DNA of 64,000 bases, taken from NCBI GenBank assembly GCA_010093815.1, contig ML996566.1. One strand, given 5' to 3'. How positions within the stretch are numbered: position 1 is the stretch's first letter; every line of letters begins with the position of its first letter. Both the position numbers and the translations under genes were made by a program. The notes beneath the pieces were generated by a model. It searched no databases. It worked only from the letters and a program-made list of their open reading frames with translations, and was not told the DNA's origin. Positions 34,601 through 47,074 of the stretch are shown here, piece after piece. Source of the stretch: Pseudovirgaria hyperparasitica (taxonomy: Eukaryota).

Positions 34601-37600
34601 ATGGCGATTGCGACAGCAACAGATTCGGTGACTCCAAACTATGAGCGCTTGTACTGGGAGAAAGCGCGCAAGGCCTTCAAGGCTGGTAGACTTGACAAAG
34701 ATGGAGAGAAGACGGAGAGCAAAATCGACGATTTTCTGAAAGAGAGATCTACTCCACAGGAGGCGCGAGAACTATGCAAAGCTACTAAGCAAGCTGCTGG
34801 GGAGGAGTATTCAGCATCTCTAGGTGGCATTCTCGAGAAAATCGAGATCGCAATGCAAGTTGGTGATTTGGCAATTAAGAGCGCACCAGAGTCTGTTGGG
34901 CTTGCGTGGATGGGAATCCGGCTATGCTTGCACTCCGTTGCAGACGACTTCTCTACCTTCAGCATCTTTGGCCAGGCCTGCTCAGACATAATTGGGATCA
35001 TGATATCTTGTGCCGTCTTTGGGAAGATGTATGGACCCTCTAGAGGCGTCAACTCCTTTCACGAGATCCATTCACAAGTAACGGACAGAATTCCTAAAGT
35101 CTACACAGAGATCTTAGATTTTTCATATTCCGTGAAGAAACATATGGGCCACAATAAAGCATGTAAGTACGATCTTTACCACACTTCGATATTTTAAGGT
35201 ATCTCATAAATATAGATCGCATTGGTAAAGGCTTGCTGGTTCAAGCTTCTACGAGGTTCGAGGCTAAGATAAAGTCGATTAAGAATCATGACACTACTAT
35301 GGCCGAGTTCGCTCGAAGAGCTTACGAACAACTGTCTGACTACTACCTACGTACGGGTTTGACTAACCAAGAAGCAATGATGGGCGATCTGACCAAGATC
35401 AAGAGCAAGATGGAAATGTCGTTACGCATAAATCAGGACAACGCCGATCAGATGCGAGTTCTTATTGACGAGATCAAGAAGAGGAAAGAGATGACACCAC
35501 ACGATGTTGCTGTCAAGAACTACGAAGAGAACATGAAACAGTTTGGCGGGTCTAGTGATCAGAAAGCAGTATATGCAGCCAAAATCTCGAGAAGATCTCC
35601 CCCACAGACTTGTACTTGGATCTTTGACATGGAGTTGTTCAAATCCTGGTATGTCTCAGAGAAGAGCAGCGTCCTATGGGTATCAGGAGGGGGTGGTTTC
35701 GGCAAATCCATTCTGATGTCTGCCATCATCAACGAACTCCAGGACCGGGCCAAGGACACCGGAGCACATGTTCAGTATTTCTTTTGCAACGCTGGTGATG
35801 AGTCGACGAAGAGGACTGATCGAATTCTGAAGCATTTACTCTATCAGATGTACAGTCTATTGGAGCATCACTCGACAGAAGCGCTCGAGAAAGCGAACAA
35901 GCTTGTGTCTAATTTTCTTAAAAACAGGTCAACCTCCTCCAAGGAGAGCAAAGGCGACAACAAAAAGGACGATGTTGACTTTGCTAAAGTGTTTAGGGGA
36001 CTTGTCGGACTAGTTGGAAAACCCATCTTTATCGTTGTTGATGCTCTGGATGAATGCATTGATCGATCCGAGGGTTTACTGAGCTCGCTCAAGTATCTCG
36101 TGGATGGATCTACTTCAAACATTAAGTTAGCAATCTGTAGTCGGCCTGAGGCAGATATTGAGACTGCCTTTGAACAAATCCCTAGAATCAAAGTAGAAGG
36201 GAACAATGGGCCGGACATCAAACTCAATGCCCAAAGTGAGCTAGCAAGACTCCCTGGGCTGACGTCACACGAGCGAGCAACAGCGTGTGATAAGATTGTA
36301 GAGAAAGCTGGAAGCTTGTTCCGATATGTCGAGCTGGCGGTCAGATTCTTGAAACAGCCCTGGCAGCGTCCTCTCGAGCGACATCTAGAACAGCTCCCTA
36401 TTGGTCTCGAGGCAGCTTACGAACAGACCGTTCGAAATATCGACCCTGCGTATTTAGAATTGTTGAAGACCTGCTTGACATGGACTTGTCTTGCTGAAGG
36501 ACAGATTCGTGTCCCAGAAGTGATCGATGCTTATAGTCGTAAGTATGTCGTAGAACAAGAATCTCATGAAGCTGGGGATGTAGAGTCCATTGAAGAGCCA
36601 GAAGCTCAAGAGGATCTGCATGTGGATCAAATTCGAACCGCTGGATCTGCCTTCTTAGAGGTCGATTCCATGACTCGGGTCATCCAGTTGAGACATGCCA
36701 CTGTAGCGGACTATTTTCTTGGAGCAAAGCCTGAAGTCCAAACAGAAGAGCAGTGCCTATGTAAAAACTGCACAAGAACAGGGAACAGCCAGAAGTCTTT
36801 TGCTCTATCAGAGAAGCATGGGCACTTAACGATGGCTACGACTATACGTGAGTCTCTCTGTGGGCAATCCCTGCTAAAATTCCGAGCTAAAACCTGTGTA
36901 GTCAAGCATTTGTCGTGTGAATCTTTCCGCCAGGAATTCCTTGTGTCTTTCGAAAGGCGCGATGTCAAGGAGACGGTGGATACTCATGATAAATCAGGAG
37001 AAGAAGAAGAACAACAAGAACAACAACAACAGAACGACGAAAGCGAAGCTAAGAACGTAAATACTAACGACGGTGATATGACGGTCGAGCCTACTCAAAG
37101 CTCAGAATTACCACCTTCAGGGACAGAAGATGGTAAATCATCAGAGGAACCGATTAACACGGGAAATACTACCACCGACCAAAGTAGCGAAAAGGAACAA
37201 GACGCAGAATCCGAGATCGCATCTGCCACAGATAGCGATGCTGATATAGATCCTCTGGATCCTGTCCAGGCTGACTCTGACGATGTACAGGATCCAGGAG
37301 CTCGCTTCAGGTACGAGATCCACTACTTTCAGTTTCACATGTGCAAGGTCGAGGAGCTGTGGGAAGCGGAAGACCGAAAGGGTCCGGAATGGGAAGAGTA
37401 TGAAGCTCTTCAGGATTCATTCTTCGTCAAGGACTCTCCCTTCTTTCAGTCATGGATCAACCTCAAAAACCAAGCGCAGGGCAGTGCAATTTCATGGATA
37501 TTTGATATCAAAACTATTCATCCCATACACATAGCCGCGGCATACGGGCTGACCAGTTTAGCTGGGCGACTCATCGAGCGGGGTGCAGATCTTGCAGCTG

Positions 37601-39956
37601 TCACAGATGAAGGCTACACAGCACTTGATTTTGCTGTTGAGCATTACGGCTTTTCCAAAACGGAAGAAAGAGCCCACAAGAATGTCCTAAGACTCCTTGA
37701 GCTTCTTTTGAAAGCAGGTTCCGACCCCAATAACCTCGACAAAAGGACGGCGCGTACTCCCTTTTTACGCTTGTTCTGGCAGAACCCTAAAATTGAAGCC
37801 ATCCAGATATTCTTGGACAATGGCGCTGATGCCAAGGGTGTTGACCTGGCCTGGGGTGCAGGCTCTCTGCACTATTGCTGTGGCAATTGTGATGATCCAG
37901 CTGTACTTAAGGCACTTTTGGCTGCAGGTGCTGATCCGAACCTCGAGGACAATAGTGGTGAAACACCATTACATTTCCTGATGATGACGTGGAAACAGGA
38001 TTCACCCCTCGAGCTGGTAGATATCATGATCAGCGGTGGTGCCAATGTCAACGCGGAGGATAAGACCGGACAGCGTAAGTATCGCCTGGTATCAGACTGT
38101 TCTGTATTGATTGGTATTCAGGGCCACTATACGAGCTTTGTTGGTCTGGAAATGTTGAAGTCGCCAAGATATTGATCAAGAATGGTGCTGACGTGACAGA
38201 TGATGATGTGAGTTTCTGATGACTCTTCGGCCAATCGGACTTGACTTTGGCAACTGCTTATGATCTTAGGTCAATAAAATCACCGCTTTGCACATGGCCT
38301 GTCGAGCAGGCAATACAGATCTCGTGCTTCTTCTTATCGAACATGGAGCTCAGATGTCAGCCGTGGATGACAGAGGCTGCACTCCTCTATACTACAGTTG
38401 TGAAGCTAAAACAGATACAACAGCTCTTGCGCTGATAGATAGGCTTGGCACTGATGGTCTCACCGTACTGGGACTCGCCAACTCTGATGGAAAATCGCCT
38501 ATCCGGAAGGCCGCAGCGCGGGGACACCATAAAATCGTCGAAGCATTATTTGAGAAGTTGGGTTTAGACATAGCTGTTCTTGAGACTCAAGATAAGAAAC
38601 AGCAATGGACACCCCTACATGCAGCTGCCCACAATGGCCAAAAGGAGGTCGTTGAATTCATCTTAAGCAAAGGCGTGAATATCAACATTCTTGATAGGAG
38701 AGGGGACACGCCACTCAAAACATGCTTAGCATCCTGGAGAGACACTAGGACACAGGATTACGAATTTGTTGCGCTCAAGCTGTTAGATGCGGACCCGTCT
38801 AAGATTAGTGGAACCGAACTCTTACATTCAGCTGCAATAAGAGGAAATTTGGCAGTTCTCAACAAATTAATGGATAAAGGTGCCGATCCGTTACTACAGG
38901 ATGAACACGGTTGGACCTCCGTGCAAGTTGCTCGGCAATGTGGGCAAGATGAAGCCGCCTCTCTGCTATCATCGAAACGGGCTGTGACTGGCATTCGACC
39001 TAGTGGGTTGGTGAATACGCTACCGAAGATCTTCGACGTCTCAGGGGACGGCACCAGCATGACAGCGATGACAAGTACACCCCCTTACTGCAGACTTTTC
39101 ATCTCCGTTACTAATCTTCTGACCAGAGAAATGCGAAGGCTCACTCTTGGCCAATCATCCCATACCCGCCGGGATAGACGGTTTCTACTATGAGATCGAA
39201 GTTGACTGCCCAAATGCGCCATCACCGGACGCCCCTGCAGCAGAGGAATACCCGTAAGGCTCATTTTTCGGATAAGATGGCACTGACTAACATCTGCACA
39301 GGGAAGTTGCACTTGGTCTCTGTCCCCACACGGCCCGAACACGAGGCTGGCTTCCTGGCCGCAGCTGGCCTCGCAATCCAGCTTGGGGATACCACGGCGA
39401 TGATGGAAGTCTGTGGCCTGTCGTTTCAGGTGACAAACCTCACGCAGGTCTGCATGCAAGAGGTCACTTTATTGGAAATTTTGGCCATGCAGACGTTGTG
39501 GGCTGCGGTATCGATTTCACAAATAACAAAGTTTTCTACACCAAGAATGGCGAACTGCTTCGGACCTTGTCTCAAGAGAAACCTCCCACTCATTACGCTT
39601 TTGCCGAAGTCACCGGGCGTTTGTACCCTGTGGTTGGGACATCGAGGCAGAACTTGACAATCAAAGTCAACTTTGGCGGCGACCTGGAGACCAAGCCGTA
39701 CAAGTGGACGCCCGGTAATGCAACTGATTGTGGTAGCAAGTACCTCAGGGAGCTTGAGGAGGATCTGATCGCAAACCCTCCGAAGGTGGAACCTGAAAGG
39801 CCAACGAGTGCATCCAGTTCAGCTAAAGCTGTGGATGAGGATGGAAAGGAAAGCGGTGTTGAAGCTGATACTGCAGTCACTGTGGCTATTGGCGTGCCGG
39901 AAAAGACAAGTGTGGACGTTCGTGTGAACGATGTAGCTCAAGTCGCTGATAAGTAG
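34601..39956 (+). CDS. Fungal NLR-like STAND protein: helical N-terminal domain, NACHT, ankyrin repeats, C-terminal SPRY/B30.2. Exons 34601-35162, 35216-36847, 36902-38074, 38122-38207, 38270-39074, 39127-39253, 39302-39956
   Basis: APESVGLAWMGIRLCL N-domain; LWVSGGGGFGKS Walker A; IVVDALDEC; ICSRPE; HATVADYF; ankyrins (GETPLH, WTPLHAAA). After splicing, SPRY motifs ANHPIP..FYYEIEV, WLPG, WGYHGDDG, DVVGCGIDF, FYTKNG, LYPVVG, VNFG. Confidence 0.88.
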
Positions 39957-40262
39957 ATACATACCAAAGAGGCTTGAGATTTTGTGCTTCGTGGAATCTG
40001 ATGTAATGTATTGATACTAAGCGGCGCGTACTATCAACGCGAATGCTAAGGAGCAGGCGCGAAACGTTTCGGAGTCTTCTCCGCTCCATGACTCTGGGTG
40101 ATCTCACTCAAGCAATAACATTGCTCTCCACACCTGTCACGCGAACGACTGCTTGTGCTCAAGCTTAAATCGTCGAAGCCGATTGAGGCTTCTAGTAACC
40201 AGCTACTAAACCTCAATGCGCGGGTTCTGGCTCCGCAGACAGAGCTGCATCAACCTTTCAAT

Positions 40263-41501
40263 ATGAACGCTATTGATGCGACCGACCGGACCTTCAGGTC
40301 ACCAGATGGTGCGTATTACTCCAGGCTCACGATGCCGTACAGTATGACTGATGAACCTCTCAGCTCCTCCTCCGTCTCTCCTCACTATAATTCTCGACAC
40401 AAACCCTCACGCATGGGCGCATCTCGAACCTACCCTGCCACTCCAAAAAGCCATCGCAAACCTCCTCGTCTTCATCAACGCCCACCTCGCCTTCAACCAC
40501 TCAAACGAAGTCGCAGTCCTCGCTTCTCATTCGCAGAAGATCCAATGGCTCTACCCAACCCCAAAGCCCCCATCTCACAACCTTACCAGACCCGCTTCTC
40601 CCCGCCCAAACGGCGCATCCAACGGCACTCACTCCGCCCACGATGACGCAAACAAATACCGCCCCTTTCGTATCGTCGAGCAGCAAATTCTCGCCAACCT
40701 TTCCGCCCTCCTCGCATCCACCACCTCGTCCGACCTGTCCAGCACAACCACAACCCTCATCTCCGGCGCCCTGACCACAGCCCTCACATACATCGCCAAA
40801 GCCGCCCTCGCTCACGCGCCCCCGACCGACCCCTCTGCATCCCTCAACGTCGCCGACCCGTCGCCCACTTTCATGGACGCAAATGACGGAACTACAAGCC
40901 GCGCTCGTACCACGCTCACGTCCCGCATACTGGTGCTGAGCGTCAGCGGCGATCTAGCTGCGCAATACATACCGGTAATGAACGCCATCTTCGCGGCGCA
41001 ACGTCAGCGGATCCCAATTGATATCCTGAAGATCGCGGGAGATACAGTTTTCTTGCAGCAAGCGTGCGACGCGACCGGTGGAGTGTACATGGAGGCACAG
41101 GAGCCGGCAGGGCTTCTACAATACCTAATGATGAGCTTCTTGCCAGATGCAACAGCGCGGGATTTTCTGGTGCTGCCAAGTGGCGGAGCTGTAGACTTTC
41201 GGGCAGCGTGTTTCTGCCACGAGAAGATTGTGGAGTTAGGGTGGGTGTGCTCGGTGTGTTTGAGTAGTAAGACTTGAAAGGATCGTAACGGTGGCGTGAA
41301 TGGGAAGCTAACGAGTGTATAGTTTTCTGTGGACCTCCTGAGCATAACCAGTGCTTAACTTGCGGTAATCAGCTCTCTATGGCTTCGACATTACCAAAAC
41401 CTCCAGCCTTGATTCAGCGAAAGAAAAAGAAGAAGAAACGGGCAGCCGGAGATGGCGCTTCAGCGGGCGTAACGCCAAGTGGTACTCCAGGGCCTGCTTG
41501 A
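40263..41501 (+). CDS. TFB4: TFIIH subunit Tfb4/p34. Exons 40263-40308, 40364-41266, 41323-41501
   Basis: PSLLTIILDTNPHAW, LVFINAHLAFN, QYIPVMNAIFAAQ, FLQQACDATGG, VDFRAACFCH...CSVCLS|IFC...CLTC zinc finger. Confidence 0.95.
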
Positions 41502-41938
41502 GTTGTAGAGAACAGGGAGCGGAAACAGGTTTTGTGTTGCATTATCAACTGCATTGCATTGCGTGGCGTTTGAACAGATAAAGTGGATGCATTGGAACGA
41601 TGTATATAGAGGCTTGGCACGAGAAGAAGAATTCCAGTAGGGCACTTCAAATAGACGGGCCAGTATCGAACTTGATCTATCATCCGAATTACAGGTCAAG
41701 TCCACAATGTTTGAGATGTTCAACAAAGGCCATGCGCCTGATCACGCCTCCGCGAACCGTATCACTTAGCTACCATTCATCTCCCATCAGAGTTGTTCGC
41801 GTTGCTAAGATGTGGAAAAGAGAGGTTTGTGTATGGTCCTTGAACGGGATGGACCCCTACTTAGGTTATAGGGTCGAGGTATACAGTGGACAATGGTTGT
41901 CAGGGAAGTGCTTGGTACAATCCAGGTCAATATGCGTG

Positions 41939-43900
41939 CTACCTTTTTTTCCGCGGGCGAACAGCACGCCCTCCATGCGCGATCGAGCCACTACCTGTGC
42001 TCCTAGACATGGCGCAGACCGGCTTGGACTCATCAGAGTGCATCGAAGAGAGAGCCTGTATAGATTTTTTTAGCAATAGCTCAGAACTCGTAGTAAGAGG
42101 ACATACGAATGAATCGGTGTTATGCGCATAGTAGAAGAATATACCGTCGCGAGTCTTCTTCGCGCCTAGGACGCCAATTGCTCCTGCAGAATTGCTATTC
42201 TGCACGCTTGGGTGACCCATAAAGTCGTGCTCGATCATGGAACGTATCGCGTCATCGTCATCTACAGATTCATAGCCCGCTCCTTTGGTCTTTATGCTGT
42301 GGTATAGGCGCTGCGCACATATAGTCGCAGCCAGTGTAGTCGCCATGTGCTCACCCGTTCCGCTGGTTACAGTTGCTACACAAGTCTTGCTACGGTCGTC
42401 GGGATTGACCGGTATGACCGCTGAGCCAATTCCGACGAGCGCTGCTGGACCAACACGCCCGCGATACTTCATGCCAATACCACCGGATGATGACCCACAA
42501 GCAATATTGCCCCATCTGTCAATGGCAATAGCTCCGACTGTATCCGTGATATGATCTTCGCGCTCGTCGCCTTCCTGGCCCAAAGATGATACTGGTATTG
42601 GAGCATTCAAAGATTCTGTGGGAGATGGTTGTAGAGGAGACTCATCTTCCTCTGTCGACGTGGTCAAATGAGAGCGCTCGTGGCTCACAGGGCTTCCGTG
42701 AGTTGGACTCGGAGTAATGGATGGAAGGACTAGAGTGCCTGATGATGATGGGGACGAGCTGGAGTCTTCGCCACTAGAGCCATCATGCCAACGCGACCCA
42801 GGGATTGTACTGCCGGAAATATCGGTGTTTGCCTGATTTGAGCTCACCCTACTCTTTGCAGATGAATATGACGAGTAGTTACGCATCGTTGGGACTTTCT
42901 GAGTGCTGTTGATGAAGGCACTGGTGGATGATTCATGGGCTGAAGGAGAAGCTGGAGTTGCGAGAGTTCCCCGGGAATCGACATAATCATGGCCGCCTCG
43001 AACAGGCGTGCGCGGAAGATCCGGCGTGGATTGTGAAGAGCCGGAGGAGTTCAAGTCATCACTGCGTTGAAGATCTGATGAGGATGATGCTCTAGAAGGA
43101 CTATGCTTGAGTGTGGCCTCTCGCCGTGAGTCTCTTGTCGGTTCTCGTCCTCTTGGGTGATTGATCTGCACTGGTTCGGACTCAGACTTTGGTCTCGTAC
43201 TGGAGGGAGCCAACGAGGACTGTGTATGTTTCGCTTTTCTATCAGCGTTTTTGAGATCAGACCTCCACCGTACCCAGCGTTCATGTGCGGCTGGAGAGAC
43301 TAGAGCGCTCGGATTCAAGATAGGTATGCCGTGCTCAAAAGCGAAGTCTGTCGCACCCTGAGACACTAGTAGATTGGGTGGCACGCGCCGTAACGTGAGG
43401 TGTTTTGTGGTGTGATCGAGTACAGTGCGGGCCAGAGATATAGGGTTTTTGATTTCTAAATTAGTCAAGTCAGCCTGCATTCCGACCATGAACTGAGAAC
43501 CTACGAGATACCGCACCCACTCCCCCGCTACGCCCATGATGGTCCACGATCGAGGCATCACATTCGACCGTGCCATCGATAGCCAAGTTACTCCCGTATC
43601 CGGCGTTAGTGATTTCGCGGTCTTCCAGAACTTTGATCGCCATCTCAACACCATCGACTGCATTCCCTCCAGTCCTCATGATCGCCATTGCCGCTTTGGC
43701 CGCGCTATAACAGTCAGCCACTTGTTCCCACGTAATAATACCATAGTACGACGATCCGTATCCATTAGAGGAGCTTGCTTCACTTACTCGTTACAGGCTT
43801 GTAGATGGATTCCTTCGTTCTGAGTGCTGTGGTAGCCAGCACCAGCATGAACGAAGACTGCCGCGATATCATTACCTTTGTGTGATCGCCCGCCCATCAT
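41939..43900 (-). CDS. Threonine aspartase (Taspase1-like Ntn-hydrolase, asparaginase_2 family). Exons 43900-43788, 43704-43505, 43455-42107, 42055-41939
   Basis: VFVHAGAGYHS, LEDREITNAGYGSNL, VECDASI, IKNPI, catalytic DTVGAIAID, SSSGGIGMK, GRVGPAA, SGTGE, AHNTDSF. Confidence 0.9.
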
Positions 43901-45006
43901 CGGTCCAACAGCTATCTTGGTGACGACAACGATGCTCCTAATGATGCGCTTGAAATGATTTCGGAAAGAAGGTATTCGTTTTCTCGCAAAAAAACGGCTC
44001 AAGTTGTTCCTTCTACGGGCAGCCGTCTTGGAGTCGGAATGCGCAGACTTGCAAAGGGACACTCTCAGGGACGTCAGGGTTGATCGATGGTAAGGAGAGG
44101 TAGCTGTGTTTGACTTTCTGATTTGAGGCAAGGGTTTAAAAGCGGCTCCTCGCTTAGTCGTTGTCGCAGCTCCAGGCAGCTCACGTTGGCTGCCGGTTTA
44201 GAGTTCGCACAGTGTAGGTCACCGCTGTCATGAAATGAAATGCAAACGCAGGAGAGTAAATTCAGAGAATGAGATATACCGAGTTAAGAGGACGTAGGTT
44301 GCGTGTTTTAGGTGTATAATGACAGTGAAAGAGTGACGGTCTCGGTAAAATGTGGAACAAGAGACCGAGGGAGATAGCACTGCTAGAGATTAATGCTGAG
44401 ACTGAGAGATGCCAGCCGAAGGAACAGGTAGGTGGGTGAGTGCGGGTGAAGTGAGAGAAAACAGAGCGGAAGTAGCTCAGAAGCATGGACTGATTGTGCT
44501 CGTAGACCTCAATCGTGATGCCCCAACGCATCAAGCATGGGCTCACTCTACCTGCAATGTGAAGACCGAAGTGACGATGGGCAATTCTCTACACCAACTT
44601 CCAAGGACAGTCCAAAGTGATGGGATGTGTCCAGGCTCACTCTTGTCCAGCATGCTGAGAGTAGATAGACGGAACGCGCTATGTATGTTATACCACTACA
44701 AACCGAAACATTGCAGTTGACTTAGATAAGCTTGAAGTGAAGCTATTCGACATGCTGGCCCTGCACGTTTTCCGCTCAAAGAGAGCTTGGCATAACTTGG
44801 CGTTAGCGGAAGCGGGGCGAGGACGAGCGGAACTCTGCCCACCACGTTCCCGCTGGCGGCCAGTGGGCTACCTTCCTGCGTACGTCGTCAGCGCCAGGCG
44901 ACAGTTTATGCGACTTTGTCCTGTGCAGCTTTCGTTTGCGCAGTATTACACTTCCAACGTCTAATTGCCACCCCTACTTGGTTCTCACACAACCGAGTTC
45001 GCCAGT

Positions 45007-46628
45007 ATGGCACCCCAAACTCCGGCCGTTGTCATGGACAAGTAAGTTGGATCCACCTCTGTCCCCTCCACGTCGCTCAACCCATAACGATGCGCTACAT
45101 TTGCATAAAGTGCTAACCGATTCAACTAGCGGTACGGGGTACTCGAAGCTAGGTCAGCTCGTCGCAATATTCCACAACTCATCTCGGTTGTCCTAACGTC
45201 ACTCAGGCTTTGCCGGAAATGACTCCCCGTCGTTCGTCTTCCCCACAGCTATTGCAACAAAAGGCCCTGCTGGAGGCTCTGGAGGCTCTGGTTCAGGTCG
45301 ACCAGCTGTGGCCAACAAACCCTCGTTTCTTACAGGGGGCGCTGGACAGGGTGGTAATCTATCAGGAAAGAGGGGCACGGAAGATTTGGACTTCTTCATT
45401 GGCGACGAGGCTCTCGCTGCTTCCGCAGGACCCGGTATGCGATCACCATCTACTCGAGAGTTCTCCTTACCGTTATACTGATGACTTAGGGTACGGTATA
45501 CACTATCCTATACGGCATGGTCAAGTAGAGAACTGGGTACGTCAGTTGACACCTGCGCAAGGAAGCTTGCTGACCACTCTTTGAACAGGATCATATGGAG
45601 CGTTTCTGGTCCAATTCTATTTTCAAGTATCTTCGGGTTGAGCCAGAAGACCACTACTTCCTACTGACCGAGCCGGTAAGCTTTTTGTGTGCTATTCCAA
45701 ACGCCCTGAAAACTAAGCGAATGCACAGCCTCTTAATCCTCCTGAAAATCGTGAGGCTACGGCTGAGATCATGTTCGAGTCGTTCAACGTCGCTGGTCTT
45801 TATATTGCTGTTCAGGCAGTGCTAGCTCTAGCGGCATCTTGGACCTCTTCAAAAGTCCAAGATCGCTCCTTGACAGGCACCGTAATCGACTCTGGTGAGG
45901 GTGTAACTCATGTCATCCCTGTTGCCGAAGGTTACGTAATTGCCTCATCGATTAAGAGTGTTCCCATTGCTGGACGTGATATTACATACTTTGTTCAATC
46001 ACTCCTGCGTGACCGTGGCGAGCCAGACAGCAGCTTGAAGACCGCCGAGCGCATCAAGGAGGAATTCTGTTATGTTTCCCCGGATATCGTAAAGGAATTC
46101 GCACGCTTCGATCGGGAACCTGACCGTTTCGTGAAACACACAGTCACGCAACCGAACGGCAGAGCGGTGACAGTCGATGTCGGCTACGAGCGATTCCTAG
46201 CGCCCGAGATATTCTTCAACCCAGAAATCTACTCGTCCGACTTCCTTACTCCATTACCGAACATCGTCGATACCGTCATTCAGTCCAGTCCGATAGACGT
46301 ACGGCGCGGTCTTTACAAGAATATTGTGCTGAGCGGAGGCTCCACTCTCTACAAAGACTTCGGGCGACGACTACAAAGGGATATCAAGCACATGGTAGAA
46401 GGCCGTATCAAGGCGTCGGAAGTCAGGAGCGGAGGAGCCAAGAGTGGTGGCCTAGATGTGCAAGTAATCACTCACAAGCGACAAAGGCATGGTCCTTGGT
46501 TTGGAGGGAGCTTGCTAGGCCAGACGCCAGAATTTCGAAGCTACTGCCATACTAAGGCCGAATATGACGAGATAGGTCCAAGCATTGTGCGAAGATTTGC
46601 CCTCCTCGGTGGCCCAGGAAGTTCATAG
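45007..46628 (+). CDS. ARP3: Actin-related protein 3. Exons 45007-45041, 45130-45152, 45207-45434, 45490-45536, 45589-45675, 45729-46628
   Basis: [103 protein letters not shown]. Confidence 0.98.
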
Positions 46629-47074
46629 GCAGTTCTCGGGATGCTTCAGTGGCATGATAGAAACTCTTGAAATGGTCAAAATCGAGCACATGAAATCGAA
46701 TGTCTGATGTCACCTAGGCTCAACCGCCGCAAATAACTCTAGATTGTGGAATATAGCGACCTCAATGCCTTATCAGTCTACTCGTAACATTGATTCTTGA
46801 TTGGGCCACGCGTACTCGGCAGCTAGGCAGATGCGCGCAGGTGGTGTCACCTTAAGGTCCAACGCCACACAGGCAACAACGTATACCGCCAAAGTCACGT
46901 CAAGAATCATTAGTGTATTTTTCTACCACGGTGGAGGTCTGACAGTAGTCTGTCTTCTTTTAGTACCATAGCTATCTCCTCGTGGACGGCTGCCAGCTAG
47001 ATTGTTCAACATAGAATATCGGATAACGCTGTAGATGCCAAAACAGTCACAACGGCACATGCGCTCTAGCAGTC

